NCBI RefSeq assembly: GCF_000016745.1
Contig: NC_009483.1
Location: 3,600,001-3,632,000 of the forward strand
DNA length: 32,000 bases
DNA from: Geotalea uraniireducens Rf4
GTDB lineage: Bacteria; Desulfobacterota; Desulfuromonadia; Geobacterales; Geobacteraceae
Direction of reading: 5' to 3'
In this document: positions 24,901-32,000 of the stretch, piece after piece
How positions within the stretch are numbered: position 1 is the first letter of the stretch
How the letters are laid out: every line of letters begins with the position of its first letter
Translations under genes and position numbers: made by a program
The notes under the pieces: generated by a model
The model's input: only the letters and a program-made list of their open reading frames with translations
Database searches by the model: none
What the model was told of the DNA's origin: nothing

Positions 24901-27900
24901 GATCCGCATGCCTCCCTCTTGCCAGAGCGGCCAATTGATCGAAAAGGTTCTGCCCAGGCGTTCGTTTCTGGCCACCAGGCCGTTGCGATATGCTGCATAG
25001 GCATCCATGAAGGCGTTCGCCGCAGCGTAGTCGGCCTGACCGATATTGCCGAGAAGTCCAGCTCCGGAGGAAAACAGTATGAAGAGATCCTGGTTTAGAT
25101 GCTTCGTTTCCTGATCCAGGTTCACCAGCCCCATGACTTTGGGTGCGAGGACTTCTAAGAGCTCTTCCTGTGTCTTTTTTATGATGAAGTTGTCACGGAC
25201 GACCCCGGCCGCATGGATAATGCCGGTGAGCGTCCCGAACTCCTTCATGATGTTTTGGATCAATTCGGCAACGGCTTCGCGCCGGGTGACATCGACCTCT
25301 TTATAGACGATCCTCGCGCCCGCTCCTTCCAGTTCCTTTAACCGGGATCGTCTCTCGTCGTTGAGGGAGGACCTACCGGTAAGAACGAGGGTCACGCTCC
25401 TGACCTTATGCGCGATCTCTCCGGCGAAAATCATTCCCAGTCCTCCGGCTCCGCCGGTAATAAGGTAAACGCCGCCTTCCTTCCAGGGAATGTTTTCTTC
25501 TGCGCCCGGTACTTCCAGTTCGCTCAGCCCGGCAACAAACCTTTTGCCATCACGATAGCGAATATGAGTAGCCAAGGGATCGTGGCTGTTCTGGTTCAGT
25601 TTCTCTACGATCGATTCCGAGGTTTCCCGTGCTTCCACTTCTATCAACTGCCCGATGAGCCTCGGATTCTCCATGCGGGCGGATTTGAGGAGGCCCAGGA
25701 GGCCCGTGAACAGAAGGCCTTCGGGGTCGGCAGGCAATACGACTTGGACCAGCACGCTCCCCCGGTGCTTTTCTCTCAGAATCCCTTGGAGTTCTGCGAA
25801 CAGCCGGGCTGCATGGTCCGTGAAGCGCTCCTCTATGCCTTTTTGCTCCGATTGCAGGGCAACGCAGCGTGTCCCGCTCATCTGGCTTGTGACGGCTTCC
25901 GGAATACCGTTTTCCAGCCCGCACAACAGCACCAGATGTGTCGCCAGATCGGGCGCCGTGGCTATTTCAGCAAGAGCCTGCTCGTTCCAGACCGGCTCAA
26001 GCATCAGGGTTCCTATGCTTGCAGAGGCGCCTACTGAAGGGACCTCTCCCTCCAGGCTGCGCAACGATAGCCCCTTGATCACAACCTGCACGTTGCCGTG
26101 TTCGTCGCATACCGTGATATCTATTTTTTGCACCGCATCGCCTGGCTTGCTCCCGTTGCCGTATCGAATCAATGCCCACATCGAGGAGCTGCACCTGCCG
26201 AGGATTTCCAGTTCCTGCAAGGCAAAGGGCAGGATCGGCTTGGACGGAGCGCTGCCAGAAGCTGCCTGGCTGCCGAATGAGTCCATGAGGCCAGCGCATG
26301 CCTGGAACGCGGAATCCATGATGCTGGGATGCAGAACGAACTGATCTACCGTTTGGCAGACTGAGGAAGGCAGGGACAGCTTGGCAAGCGCCTGGTTGGC
26401 ACCGACAAAGATGTGCTCAATGCCGCGATGTCCGCTGCCATACTCGATCCCCATGGCCCTGAATCCACCATAGCATTGGGCGGGCGTCAGGGTCCCTAGG
26501 TTACACGCGGCCCGTAAGGCGCTAATATCCAACGTTGATTTCCCCGAGGAAGGCAGAAGCTTTGCCTGCCCCTGGCTATGTACCACAGTGCCTGCCTCAG
26601 GTGACTCGCTGTAAACCTCATAGCCAATCTCCCCGTTGTCTTCAGGGAAAAGACCGATATGCACCTGAACCGGCCGGTCATTGACGATGATCGGTCTTGC
26701 CCACACGACATGTTTGAGGGAGATCCCCGTCAAAGCCTGCTTCAGGCCCCCCGCAGCCCGGTCCACCGCGGCCCGCGCCATCTCCAGATACGCCACCCCT
26801 GGGAACACCCTCTCGCCCCTGACTACGTGGTCGGAAAGGAAGAATTCCTGCCCGGTAAAGGTCGAACTGAATCTCTGCTCGGTTAGGTCCGAGGTGTTCT
26901 GATGCAGCAGGGGATGTAAGGCGTTGCCGCTTCCTGGTGCCCCCTGGCCTGCAGCGTCCAACCTCTGTCCTTTGATCTCGGGCAGCCAATAGCGCTCACC
27001 GGCAAAGGGATATGCGGGTAGACTGATCCGGCGAGGGGTGCTGTCGCCGTAGAGCACGTTCCAGTCAACGGGTATTCCCTGAACCCAAAGATCCAGAACT
27101 TTTGAGTATTTTCTTTTCCTGATCCATTTGCCGATAGCTTCCTGCATGTCATCGTCAGCAGTAAACACCGCCAACATATCGTTATCGCGCTTCACCTGAC
27201 CCATGGAGAGGCCTTCGATGTCATCCTTGCCGTTCAGATAATCCTTTAGCTTCTGTTCCAGTTCACTGACCGTTGCAACGATCAAAGCCATCCGCTCTTC
27301 CATTGCTTCCCGGCCGATTTGCAGGGTGTACGCCACATCCGCCAGGTCCGCATCGGTAAAACGCTGAGAGCTTTGCGCACCCAGCAAACGCTCAACGCTG
27401 GCACGCAGCCGCTCACCGTCCCGGGCCGACAGCACAATGAGCGCGGGATGCTGGGCGTTAATGGCAACGCGGGTACGCTCTTCGTCTCCAGGAGCATATT
27501 CCTCGAGTATCACATGGGCATTGGATCCTCCTGCTCCGAAGGAAGAAATCCCCGCTATCCTCGGATACTCACGGGTTTCCCCGTCAATCTCAACAACCGG
27601 ACGTACCCATTCGGACAGCTCTTGCTGAACGGTAAAGGGAGTCTTGGCGAAATCGATGTTCGGGTTCAGGTTCACCGAGTGCAGACTCGGCACGTGGGAG
27701 CGATGTTTCATCTGCAATACGATCTTGGTTACGCCTGCTATGCCTGCTGCTGCTTCCAGATGGCCGATATTGGACTTTACTGATCCAATAGCGCAGTATC
27801 CCGTGTCGGCGGTATCCTTGTGGAAGGCCTGTGCCAGCCCCGTTATCTCTATTGGGTCGCCCAGCTTGGTTCCTGTCCCATGAGCTTCTATATAACTGAC

Positions 27901-30900
27901 TGCCCGGGCATGTATCCCGGCTTTATCCAGTGTCTCCCGGATGAGTTCACCCTGGGCGACCGGGCTGGGAACGGTATATCCGTTGGTTTTGCCGCCATGA
28001 TTGGTTCTGCTGCCGCGGATAACGGCATGAATTTGGTCGCGATCGGCGATCGCCCGGGACAGAGGCTTCAGTAAGACGACGCCCACTCCTTCCCCCGGTA
28101 CAAATCCGTTGCCGTCCAGGCCGAAGCTTTTACACTGTCCGTCGGTGGAAAGCATCTGTAGGGCGCAAAGCTCGACATAGCTCGCCGGATGCAGATACAG
28201 ATTTACCCCGCCAGCGATCGCCATCTCGCATTCTTTGTGGTGCAGATGCTCACATGCCTCATGAATTGCAGTGAGCGAGGCGGAACACATGGTGTCGACC
28301 GCCATGCTCGGACCACGCAAGTTAAAGAGATAGGAAACTCGATTTGCAACCGAGCTAAATGAGGTGCGGGGGCTGATGGTTTCACCCTGCCTCCATAAGT
28401 CAGGGCCGTATAAAGCAAAACCATTCTTGGTAATTCCGGCAAAGACGCCGACCCGGCCCTTGAACTGTGCCGCAAGCTGCTCTCTTGTGTATCCGGCATC
28501 CTCGAACACTTCCCAGCAGGATTGAATAAACAACCGTTCCTGAGGGTCGGTATTTATGGCATCTAGGGCAGAAATATTGAAAAACAACGGATCGAAATCC
28601 GCAAATCCACGCACAAAGCCGCCCCATTTGCTGTAGCTTTTTCTCATTTCCACGGCTTCCTGAGGGTCTGCATGGTAAAATCCGTCCAGCGGCCAGCGGT
28701 CTTCGGGGATCTCTGTAATACAATCCCTGCCTGCTTTTAAATTCTCCCAATAATCGCCCAGGTTATCGGCCTGGGGATAACGACCGCTCATCCCGATGAT
28801 CGCGATAGGCTCTCGATTGCCATGGTTTTCCTGAGTTCCGCTGAAACTCCGCCTGGATGTTTTCGCTATTTTAAAGGACGTAAGGACAGGGAAATCACCA
28901 TCTTGATGCAGATCCTCTGCTGACGCCTTTTGTCCTGTCGGGATCGAATCTCGAAGTCCCGTCCATTGCAGGCACCGTTGTGGATAGCCGGTGATGAAAT
29001 ACGCCGCCAAGGCATCCAGATCTTGATACTCATAAAATAGGGTTTTTGACAGCTCGCCGAAAATTTTGGCAAGCTCCTGATTCAATTGGGTGATCATGAT
29101 CGAATCAATCCCATAGCTTTCCAGAGGCTCGTGCGCATCTATCCTATGGGCCGATAATTTTACAACCCTCCCCAACAGCACCTTGAGTTGATAGACGACT
29201 TTTTCTTTGAGCACTAGAGAATCAGCTTGCAGTATCAATTCGTCACCGGGAGAAGAAGGGAGTTCCGAGATAGTATCCAGCAACTGTTCCTGTATCCGGG
29301 CTCTATTACCATGCAACACTAAGGTCTGGTCGAACCCGGCGACTAAGCCAGTATGGAATGCCTGGATGCCGGCTAGGCTCGGCAAGGGTCTTAGGCCAAG
29401 TTTGTGCTGCATCATCTTCTCTGTCTCAGCGTCGACCTGCATGCCGCCTTCCCGCCAGAGCGGCCAGTTAATAGAGAGTGTTGCACCAAAACGCTCCCCT
29501 TTCTGAACCAGGGCGTTGCGCTGTGCGGCATAACAATCCATGAATGCGTTGGCCGTGGAGTAATCTGCCTGGCCTGGACTGCCGAAGGCGCCTGCAACAG
29601 AGGAAAACAAAACGAAAAAGTCCAGGCCAAGATCCTTGCTGGCGTAATCCAGGTTCACGAGTCCCGCGACTTTTGGGGACAGCACTTCGTGAAATTCTTC
29701 CACCGTCTTCTTGATGATGAAATTGTCTTTATTTACGCCGGCGCTATGAATTATCCCGTTGAGGTTCCCATGATCATCCACGATGGATTTAACCAACTGC
29801 TCGACCGAGTTCCTTTCAGTTACGTCCGTTTGCCGGTATTGGGCCCGCGCACCCAGGCTTTCCAGCTCTTGGAGTAGTGCCTGTTTCGCATCGCCGTGCG
29901 CGGACCTGCCGGTCAGGATGAGGGTGATGCCGTTTGCCTTCCGAGCCAGTTCTTTGGCAAAAATAAACCCTAAGCCGCCTGCTCCGCCGGTGATGAGATA
30001 GACGCCTTGCTCCTTCCACTGCATGCCCACGGAGGCCTGGGAGACCCCTATTTCCTTCCAGCGGACGACCTGCCGTTTCCCCTCCTCGTAGCGGACCCGA
30101 TCGTCGGCAGGACACCGGCTGTTGTATTTCAGCTTTTCTACTGTTTTGTCTGCATCTTCCGTCGAATCCACTGCGATCAGTTGGCCGGTCAGCTTGGGAT
30201 TCTCCTGGTGCGCTGTTTTTAGTACTCCATTGAGCGCGGCCAGAAGATTTCCCTCCCCATTATTGGGAATTACCATCTGAACCAGAACTTTGCCTTTAGG
30301 TTTCTCATTCAGCAGGCTCTGGATTTGTTCGAATACCTGCTGTGCATAGACCGGGAAGCGCTTTTCCATCTCCCGCTCTTCAGAGCTGATGATGAGGCTA
30401 CGAACTCCGTCCATTTGAACTTCAACTCCTTCTTTCAGGACATTGCTCATCTGGCAAAGGATGACCAGATGCCCGGCATACTCCGGCGCTCTGCCTTCCT
30501 TAACATCGGCCGGTGCCTCCCAGACCGGCTTAAGCACCAAGGTTTCTTGATCCGCCGCTGCGCCGACCGTGCCCTGCCCGCCTTCGAGTACCCGGAAAGA
30601 GAGTCCCCTCATACGGACGCAAACGCTCCCGTTCTCATCGCATAGATCGACATCAACGTTGTTAGCCCTGCCCGCGGCTTCGCCGCTGTTGCCGGACCGG
30701 ATCACTGCCCACATCAAAGAGGTGCAGCGCTGGAGAATTTCAAGCTGGTGCAGAGTAGACGGAACCATCGGTTTTGGCGCCGCCATGCTGGCAGGCTCTC
30801 CAACGATCAGGAGTGAGGCCTGCATTGCGGAATCGAGCATGCTGGGATGCAGAAGGTAATGATCCTCTGTTTCTGAAATCGAGGAAGGCAGCGAGAGTTT

Positions 30901-32000
30901 TGCAAGCACAGTAGTGGATCCTGCGTAGGCCCTCTCGATGCCTCGATGTCTCGCGCCGTACTCGCTTCCCATCGTTTTAAACGCATCGTAACACTGGGCA
31001 GAACTCAACTCCCGGTCGCACTCTGATTGCACGTCCAGGAGATTTATAACCGGAATATCCGCAACCGGACCGAACAGGGCACTGCCCTGGCTGTTGATAA
31101 TGGTCTCAGCGCTATGCTCTGTCGATTCGCTGTAAATCTCATAGCCAATCTCGCCGTTATCTTTGGGGAAAAGGCCGACATGCACCTGAACCGGTTGGCC
31201 GGTTACGGTAATCGGCCTTGCCCACACGATGTTTTTAAGGGAGATACCCTTCTGAGACGGGTTCCATGACCCCGCGGCCCGGTCCACTGCTGCCCGGGCC
31301 ATCTCCAAATAAGCCGCCACGGGAAGAATTTTCTCGCCGCTCACTGCGTGGTCCGCCAGGAAAAATTCCTCCCCGGTAAAGATCGAGCTGAACCTTTGCT
31401 CGGTCAGGTCCGAGGTGTTCTGGTGCAGCAGAGGGTGAATCGAATGTGCAACCGGCAGTAGCGCCGATGCGCCGGCGGTCTGGGCGATCTCCGGCACCCA
31501 ATACCGGTCTCCGGCAAAGGGATAGGTGGGAAGGCTGATCCTGTGAGGCTTGGCTGCACCGTACAACCTGTTCCAGTCAAAATTGAGTCCCTTGACCCAA
31601 AGATCCAGAAGGCGCGCGTACTTTCCTTTGCTGACCCAGGCGTCGATTGTTTTTGCCATGTCCTCATCGACGGCGTAAAGCCATGCACTGTCGTTATCCC
31701 TGTCCCGTTTAACATGCCCCTTATGAAGATGTTCAAGGTCACTCTTGCCATCCAGATACCCACTCAGTTTCTCTTCCAGGTCCTTGATGGACGCGACAAC
31801 CATTGCCAATCGTGCGTCCATGGCTTCACGGCCAACCTGCAGCGTGTACGCCGCATCTGCCAGATCGGCATCGCTGAATTGCCGTTCCTGGATCGCCCCC
31901 AGCAATCGCCGCGCCTGCTCCTCAAGCCGCTTTTCATTCTTCGCCGACAATACGACGATCGCCGGATGCTGTGCGCTGACCCGGACCGGGATCCGCTCCC
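18955..32000 (-). CDS. trans-AT polyketide megasynthase, 5'-partial: [KS-flank]-DH-KR-ACP-KS-DH-KR-ACP-KS-KR-ACP-KS0-tail
   Basis: One uninterrupted minus-strand frame runs from the window end to the stop at 18955-18957. The first in-window ATG (31950) lies inside a KS-flanking subdomain and the frame is open to nt 32000, so the true start is upstream. There are no embedded AT domains. Each KS is followed by a flanking subdomain of about 170 aa ending in PxYPFAGxRYW. Confidence 0.95.
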   Translation of the reverse strand, partial: ERIPVRVSAQHPAIVVLSAKNEKRLEEQARRLLGAIQERQFSDADLADAAYTLQVGREAMDARLAMVVASIKDLEEKLSGYLDGKSDLEHLHKGHVKRDRDNDSAWLYAVDEDMAKTIDAWVSKGKYARLLDLWVKGLNFDWNRLYGAAKPHRISLPTYPFAGDRYWVPEIAQTAGASALLPVAHSIHPLLHQNTSDLTEQRFSSIFTGEEFFLADHAVSGEKILPVAAYLEMARAAVDRAAGSWNPSQKGISLKNIVWARPITVTGQPVQVHVGLFPKDNGEIGYEIYSESTEHSAETIINSQGSALFGPVADIPVINLLDVQSECDRELSSAQCYDAFKTMGSEYGARHRGIERAYAGSTTVLAKLSLPSSISETEDHYLLHPSMLDSAMQASLLIVGEPASMAAPKPMVPSTLHQLEILQRCTSLMWAVIRSGNSGEAAGRANNVDVDLCDENGSVCVRMRGLSFRVLEGGQGTVGAAADQETLVLKPVWEAPADVKEGRAPEYAGHLVILCQMSNVLKEGVEVQMDGVRSLIISSEEREMEKRFPVYAQQVFEQIQSLLNEKPKGKVLVQMVIPNNGEGNLLAALNGVLKTAHQENPKLTGQLIAVDSTEDADKTVEKLKYNSRCPADDRVRYEEGKRQVVRWKEIGVSQASVGMQWKEQGVYLITGGAGGLGFIFAKELARKANGITLILTGRSAHGDAKQALLQELESLGARAQYRQTDVTERNSVEQLVKSIVDDHGNLNGIIHSAGVNKDNFIIKKTVEEFHEVLSPKVAGLVNLDYASKDLGLDFFVLFSSVAGAFGSPGQADYSTANAFMDCYAAQRNALVQKGERFGATLSINWPLWREGGMQVDAETEKMMQHKLGLRPLPSLAGIQAFHTGLVAGFDQTLVLHGNRARIQEQLLDTISELPSSPGDELILQADSLVLKEKVVYQLKVLLGRVVKLSAHRIDAHEPLESYGIDSIMITQLNQELAKIFGELSKTLFYEYQDLDALAAYFITGYPQRCLQWTGLRDSIPTGQKASAEDLHQDGDFPVLTSFKIAKTSRRSFSGTQENHGNREPIAIIGMSGRYPQADNLGDYWENLKAGRDCITEIPEDRWPLDGFYHADPQEAVEMRKSYSKWGGFVRGFADFDPLFFNISALDAINTDPQERLFIQSCWEVFEDAGYTREQLAAQFKGRVGVFAGITKNGFALYGPDLWRQGETISPRTSFSSVANRVSYLFNLRGPSMAVDTMCSASLTAIHEACEHLHHKECEMAIAGGVNLYLHPASYVELCALQMLSTDGQCKSFGLDGNGFVPGEGVGVVLLKPLSRAIADRDQIHAVIRGSRTNHGGKTNGYTVPSPVAQGELIRETLDKAGIHARAVSYIEAHGTGTKLGDPIEITGLAQAFHKDTADTGYCAIGSVKSNIGHLEAAAGIAGVTKIVLQMKHRSHVPSLHSVNLNPNIDFAKTPFTVQQELSEWVRPVVEIDGETREYPRIAGISSFGAGGSNAHVILEEYAPGDEERTRVAINAQHPALIVLSARDGERLRASVERLLGAQSSQRFTDADLADVAYTLQIGREAMEERMALIVATVSELEQKLKDYLNGKDDIEGLSMGQVKRDNDMLAVFTADDDMQEAIGKWIRKRKYSKVLDLWVQGIPVDWNVLYGDSTPRRISLPAYPFAGERYWLPEIKGQRLDAAGQGAPGSGNALHPLLHQNTSDLTEQRFSSTFTGQEFFLSDHVVRGERVFPGVAYLEMARAAVDRAAGGLKQALTGISLKHVVWARPIIVNDRPVQVHIGLFPEDNGEIGYEVYSESPEAGTVVHSQGQAKLLPSSGKSTLDISALRAACNLGTLTPAQCYGGFRAMGIEYGSGHRGIEHIFVGANQALAKLSLPSSVCQTVDQFVLHPSIMDSAFQACAGLMDSFGSQAASGSAPSKPILPFALQELEILGRCSSSMWALIRYGNGSKPGDAVQKIDITVCDEHGNVQVVIKGLSLRSLEGEVPSVGASASIGTLMLEPVWNEQALAEIATAPDLATHLVLLCGLENGIPEAVTSQMSGTRCVALQSEQKGIEERFTDHAARLFAELQGILREKHRGSVLVQVVLPADPEGLLFTGLLGLLKSARMENPRLIGQLIEVEARETSESIVEKLNQNSHDPLATHIRYRDGKRFVAGLSELEVPGAEENIPWKEGGVYLITGGAGGLGMIFAGEIAHKVRSVTLVLTGRSSLNDERRSRLKELEGAGARIVYKEVDVTRREAVAELIQNIMKEFGTLTGIIHAAGVVRDNFIIKKTQEELLEVLAPKVMGLVNLDQETKHLNQDLFILFSSGAGLLGNIGQADYAAANAFMDAYAAYRNGLVARNERLGRTFSINWPLWQEGGMRIDAKTESMSLQRTGMISLQTQTGIRALYQCLACGRDQVMPLEGDVERLRAVLLDRQDATETSTLSCAAEEGKTVPAVAQDLLQEKATDYLKKLISSVIKYPASKIDANAPMEKYGIDSIMVMQLTNQLEKAFGSLPKTLFFEYQTIQALSGYFLESHRDQLMGLLEIEQKPTTAADSSQNSVAAPKSVQTAALNRRQARFACRAESQEEKANEESDIAIIGVSGRYPGAENIGEFWKNLRDGKDCITEIPKERWDHSLYFDADKNKKGKTYSKWGGFLDGVDRFDTLFFNITPREAEILDPQERLFLQCVYETLENAGYTREVLGTGLDGNVGVYVGVMYEEYQLYGAQETALGRPLALSGSPSSIANRVSYFCNFHGPSMAVDTMCSSSLTAIHLACQSLQRGGCEVAIAGGVNVSVHPNKYMFLGQGKFVSSKGRCESFGEGGDGYVPGEGVGAVLLKPLAKAVADGDQIYGVIKASTINHGGKTNGYTVPNPNAQASVIGRALQQSGVHPRTISYIEAHGTGTSLGDPIEIAGLAKTFQEHTKEKQFCSIGSAKSNIGHCESAAGIAGVTKVLLQLKHRQLAPSLHSEVLNPNIDFSTTPFVVQQQLAEWKRPVVEINGQTREYPRIAGISSFGAGGSNAHVVIEEYIPEGGERIPVRVSAQHPAIVVLSAKNEKRLEEQARRLLGAIQERQFSDADLADAAYTLQVGREAMDARLALVVASIKELEEKLSGFLDGTNDIEDLYKGNVKRDNDSAWLYAVDEDMAKTIDAWVSKGKYARLLELWVKGMHFDWNRLYGAAKPRRIGLPTYPFAGERYWVPEMAQSSVAGVAPAVVSDSQRERVILIKDWQQKNAGAASDIPSGLIIVLGTAATAELAAELFSQRTDIRAIHVVHDALSSSDAIPTDFYSASAGEDLYHQIRERRLNRKLLGVIDLTAYDSEYERSVAVESGKIAFLQKLIEYDRSERFTLLQVTHALHAFHLATTTLQGARLAGLYRMLGSEYKQILSLTMDSDCPLAMKEKLAAQIKNEFANTCQEHVSESCYRNDRRYEPQLRIGQTDVDIEKNYPETERYRSVDVILITGGSRGIGASIAEHLVSQGCRNLAILGREALPEQSEWKTVLERNDMPEMSEKLRRMQSFVEQGVRVRYYTTPLTDQDGLRDMVDDIHRHAGPLTGIFHCAGVTGKKPVFFNKTYSEIESVCEPKMTGLATLHKVVETEPLAFFILFSSISSVAPTLSTSQSDYAMANAYMDYFAEYQASHGHAYVKSIQWPAWGETGMAANGQQTPAYKKTGLALVSTANGLMLLDVIKNGSYRVSLPCVVIPHEFRHDQLLKTTLKVDLQPARAVSAAPQLPPAHRLTAGVKESVRQWLRNTFMTELKLTADQLDEDTSFDDYGIDSIMFAQLVQTLEKGVQGKLDPALLFEHTTLAALTDYFSAHHADQFQADLAASTPAEAALSEDSTAQMKEPAFEGLGGNEPIARNEIVTAPEDIAVVGISCRFPDSPTKEAYWELLAKGEKAIREVPENRWESNGRRDYGGWIDDIDMFDPEFFKLKENDAMIMDPQARVVLEEGLKAIYDAGYESKDVSGQRVGVYLGGRAQITQDIEKVLEATNPILGLGQNYLATNISRFLNITGPSLVVDTACSSGLTAISMASDTLKNGRIDMAMAGAVNLILNPFTHRLFEARKILSKNGDFKIFEKQAGGEVLGEGAGVVVLKRLSDAVRDGNKIYGVIKAIAVNNDGRTLGPGSPNMETQKQVMKEALELSGKTPEDIGYIEVNGGGSPVVDSIEIRALSEIYRLDDKKMKSCVVGSIKPNIGHLLLTSGLAGFIRCMLSLEEKKIPPFLSALEPFEHYDFTASRIAFNRECSDWLIESGRKRIAAQNSFPDGGTNCHVIMEEFVPEVNYTQRLFSLAAPAMNKRSFASSRTVTFQQDSLVKSTNEDSIDDFIDRFKSIDNQMINLEAVQSSVKNVWGEFDEKNI
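19201..20433 (-). other. PKS domain: non-elongating ketosynthase KS0 (Cys kept, first His replaced by Asn)
   Basis: EDIAVVGISCRFP; VDTACSSG (Cys codon 19966-19968); YIEVNGGGS instead of EAHGTGT (Asn codon 19561-19563); KPNIGH retained. An 81-aa tail with no recognisable domain follows (18958-19200). Confidence 0.85.
20581..20817 (-). other. PKS domain: ACP3
   Basis: FDDYGIDSIMFAQL. Ser codon at 20701-20703. Confidence 0.85.
20911..22383 (-). other. PKS domain: ketoreductase KR3 including a long structural subdomain; no DH in this module (approximate)
   Basis: VILITGGSRGIG, HCAGVTGKKPVF (no Asp at the position where KR1 and KR2 have KDN/RDN), SQSDYAMANAYMD. Confidence 0.75.
22428..22940 (-). 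repeat. Intragenic repeat, copy A (KS2 C-terminus and flanking subdomain)
   Basis: It aligns with 31482-32000. Positions 22775-22940 are base-for-base identical to 31835-32000 (166 nt, offset 9,060). The remainder is roughly 85% identical by eye, with one 6-nt indel. Confidence 0.9.
22954..24258 (-). other. PKS domain: ketosynthase KS2 (elongation-competent triad)
   Basis: SDIAIIGVSGRYP; VDTMCSSS (Cys codon 23743-23745); YIEAHGTGT; KSNIGHCESAAG; ends NAHVVIEEY. Confidence 0.9.
24436..24669 (-). other. PKS domain: ACP2
   Basis: MEKYGIDSIMVMQL. Ser codon at 24550-24552. Confidence 0.85.
24766..25938 (-). other. PKS domain: ketoreductase KR2 including the structural subdomain (approximate)
   Basis: GVYLITGGAGGLG, HAAGVVRDNF, GQADYAAANAFMD. 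Confidence 0.8.
26047..26916 (-). other. PKS domain: dehydratase DH2 (approximate)
   Basis: HPLLHQNTSDL; HVVRGERVFP (His codon 26827-26829); LHPSIMDSAFQ. Confidence 0.8.
27496..28812 (-). other. PKS domain: ketosynthase KS1 (elongation-competent triad)
   Basis: EPIAIIGMSGRYP start; VDTMCSAS (Cys codon 28285-28287); YIEAHGTGT; KSNIGHLEAAAG; ends GGSNAHVILEEY. Confidence 0.9.
28987..29217 (-). other. PKS domain: ACP1
   Basis: LESYGIDSIMITQL. Phosphopantetheine Ser codon at 29101-29103. Confidence 0.85.
29296..30468 (-). other. PKS domain: ketoreductase KR1 including the structural subdomain (approximate)
   Basis: GVYLITGGAGGLG Rossmann motif, HSAGVNKDNF, and the catalytic Tyr in GQADYSTANAFMD. 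Confidence 0.8.
30586..31437 (-). other. PKS domain: dehydratase DH1 (approximate borders)
   Basis: HPLLHQNTSDL start; HAVSGEKILP matches HxxxGxxxxP (His codon 31348-31350); LHPSMLDSAMQ matches DxxxQ. Confidence 0.8.
31482..32000 (-). repeat. Intragenic repeat, copy B (flanking subdomain of the KS lying beyond the window end)
   Basis: See copy A. The identity is still perfect at the window edge, so the repeat probably extends further. Confidence 0.9.

Noticed and set aside
22435-27495. The post-KS regions of about 170 aa as possible cis-AT domains
   Set aside because: They are too short, lack GHSxG and AFHS-type motifs, and end in the PxYPFxxxxxW motif typical of trans-AT KS-flanking subdomains.
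19811-31763. Dozens of 60-230-aa ORFs on either strand inside the megasynthase (for example 25408..26037, 25655..26344, 27319..27783, 29404..29877, 22528..23004, 23889..24359)
   Set aside because: They are overlapping or antisense frames of a 13-kb gene with continuous domain homology. They are Arg/Pro/Ala/Gly-rich, as is typical of high-GC shadow ORFs.
31948-31950. The first in-window ATG as the megasynthase start codon
   Set aside because: The frame is open to nt 32000. The sequence at this point is the middle of a KS-flanking subdomain: the identical segment elsewhere in the protein is preceded by a full KS.

Overview
This is an accessory-rich 32-kb window with four blocks.

(1) nt 1-1630 looks like chromosomal flank. 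It carries three near-identical GEMM-I (c-di-GMP-I class) riboswitch-plus-terminator cassettes on the minus strand, two of them in tandem. They sit in front of a 54-aa ORF and a signal-peptide protein gene that the ORF track missed.

(2) nt 1664-7650 is an integration and decay zone:
- a degenerate tRNA-Gly(CCC) 3' fragment (att-like) beside an intact P4-type tyrosine integrase
- an AbiEi/AbiEii pair whose toxin gene is frameshifted twice
- a gutted primase/helicase remnant abutting an N-truncated second integrase
- a decayed IS4-family element with terminal inverted repeats

(3) nt 8333-13819 holds a low-GC B12-binding radical SAM gene, then a TolC-like (three frameshifts) / HlyD / MFS-DHA2 efflux cassette.

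(4) nt 13915-32000 (minus strand) is a trans-AT polyketide synthase locus:
- a megasynthase open to the window edge, with domain order DH-KR-ACP-KS-DH-KR-ACP-KS-KR-ACP-KS0
- an overlapping second PKS gene, DH-ACP-DH*-KS, whose KS has Ser in place of the active-site Cys and Asn in place of the first His
- a free-standing malonyl-type AT with a long C-terminal extension

No thioesterase, methyltransferase, enoylreductase or NRPS domain is visible in the window. The most interesting signals are:
- the unusual end of the assembly line
- a sharp GC mosaic (about 40% versus 57%) whose breakpoint lies inside a KS0 domain
- a repeat with 9,060-nt spacing and 166 nt of perfect identity at a KS-flanking region
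- the triplicated second-messenger riboswitch cassette

All calls come from reading the sequence and translations by eye and from remembered family motifs. Domain borders are hand-counted and approximate. No searches were run.
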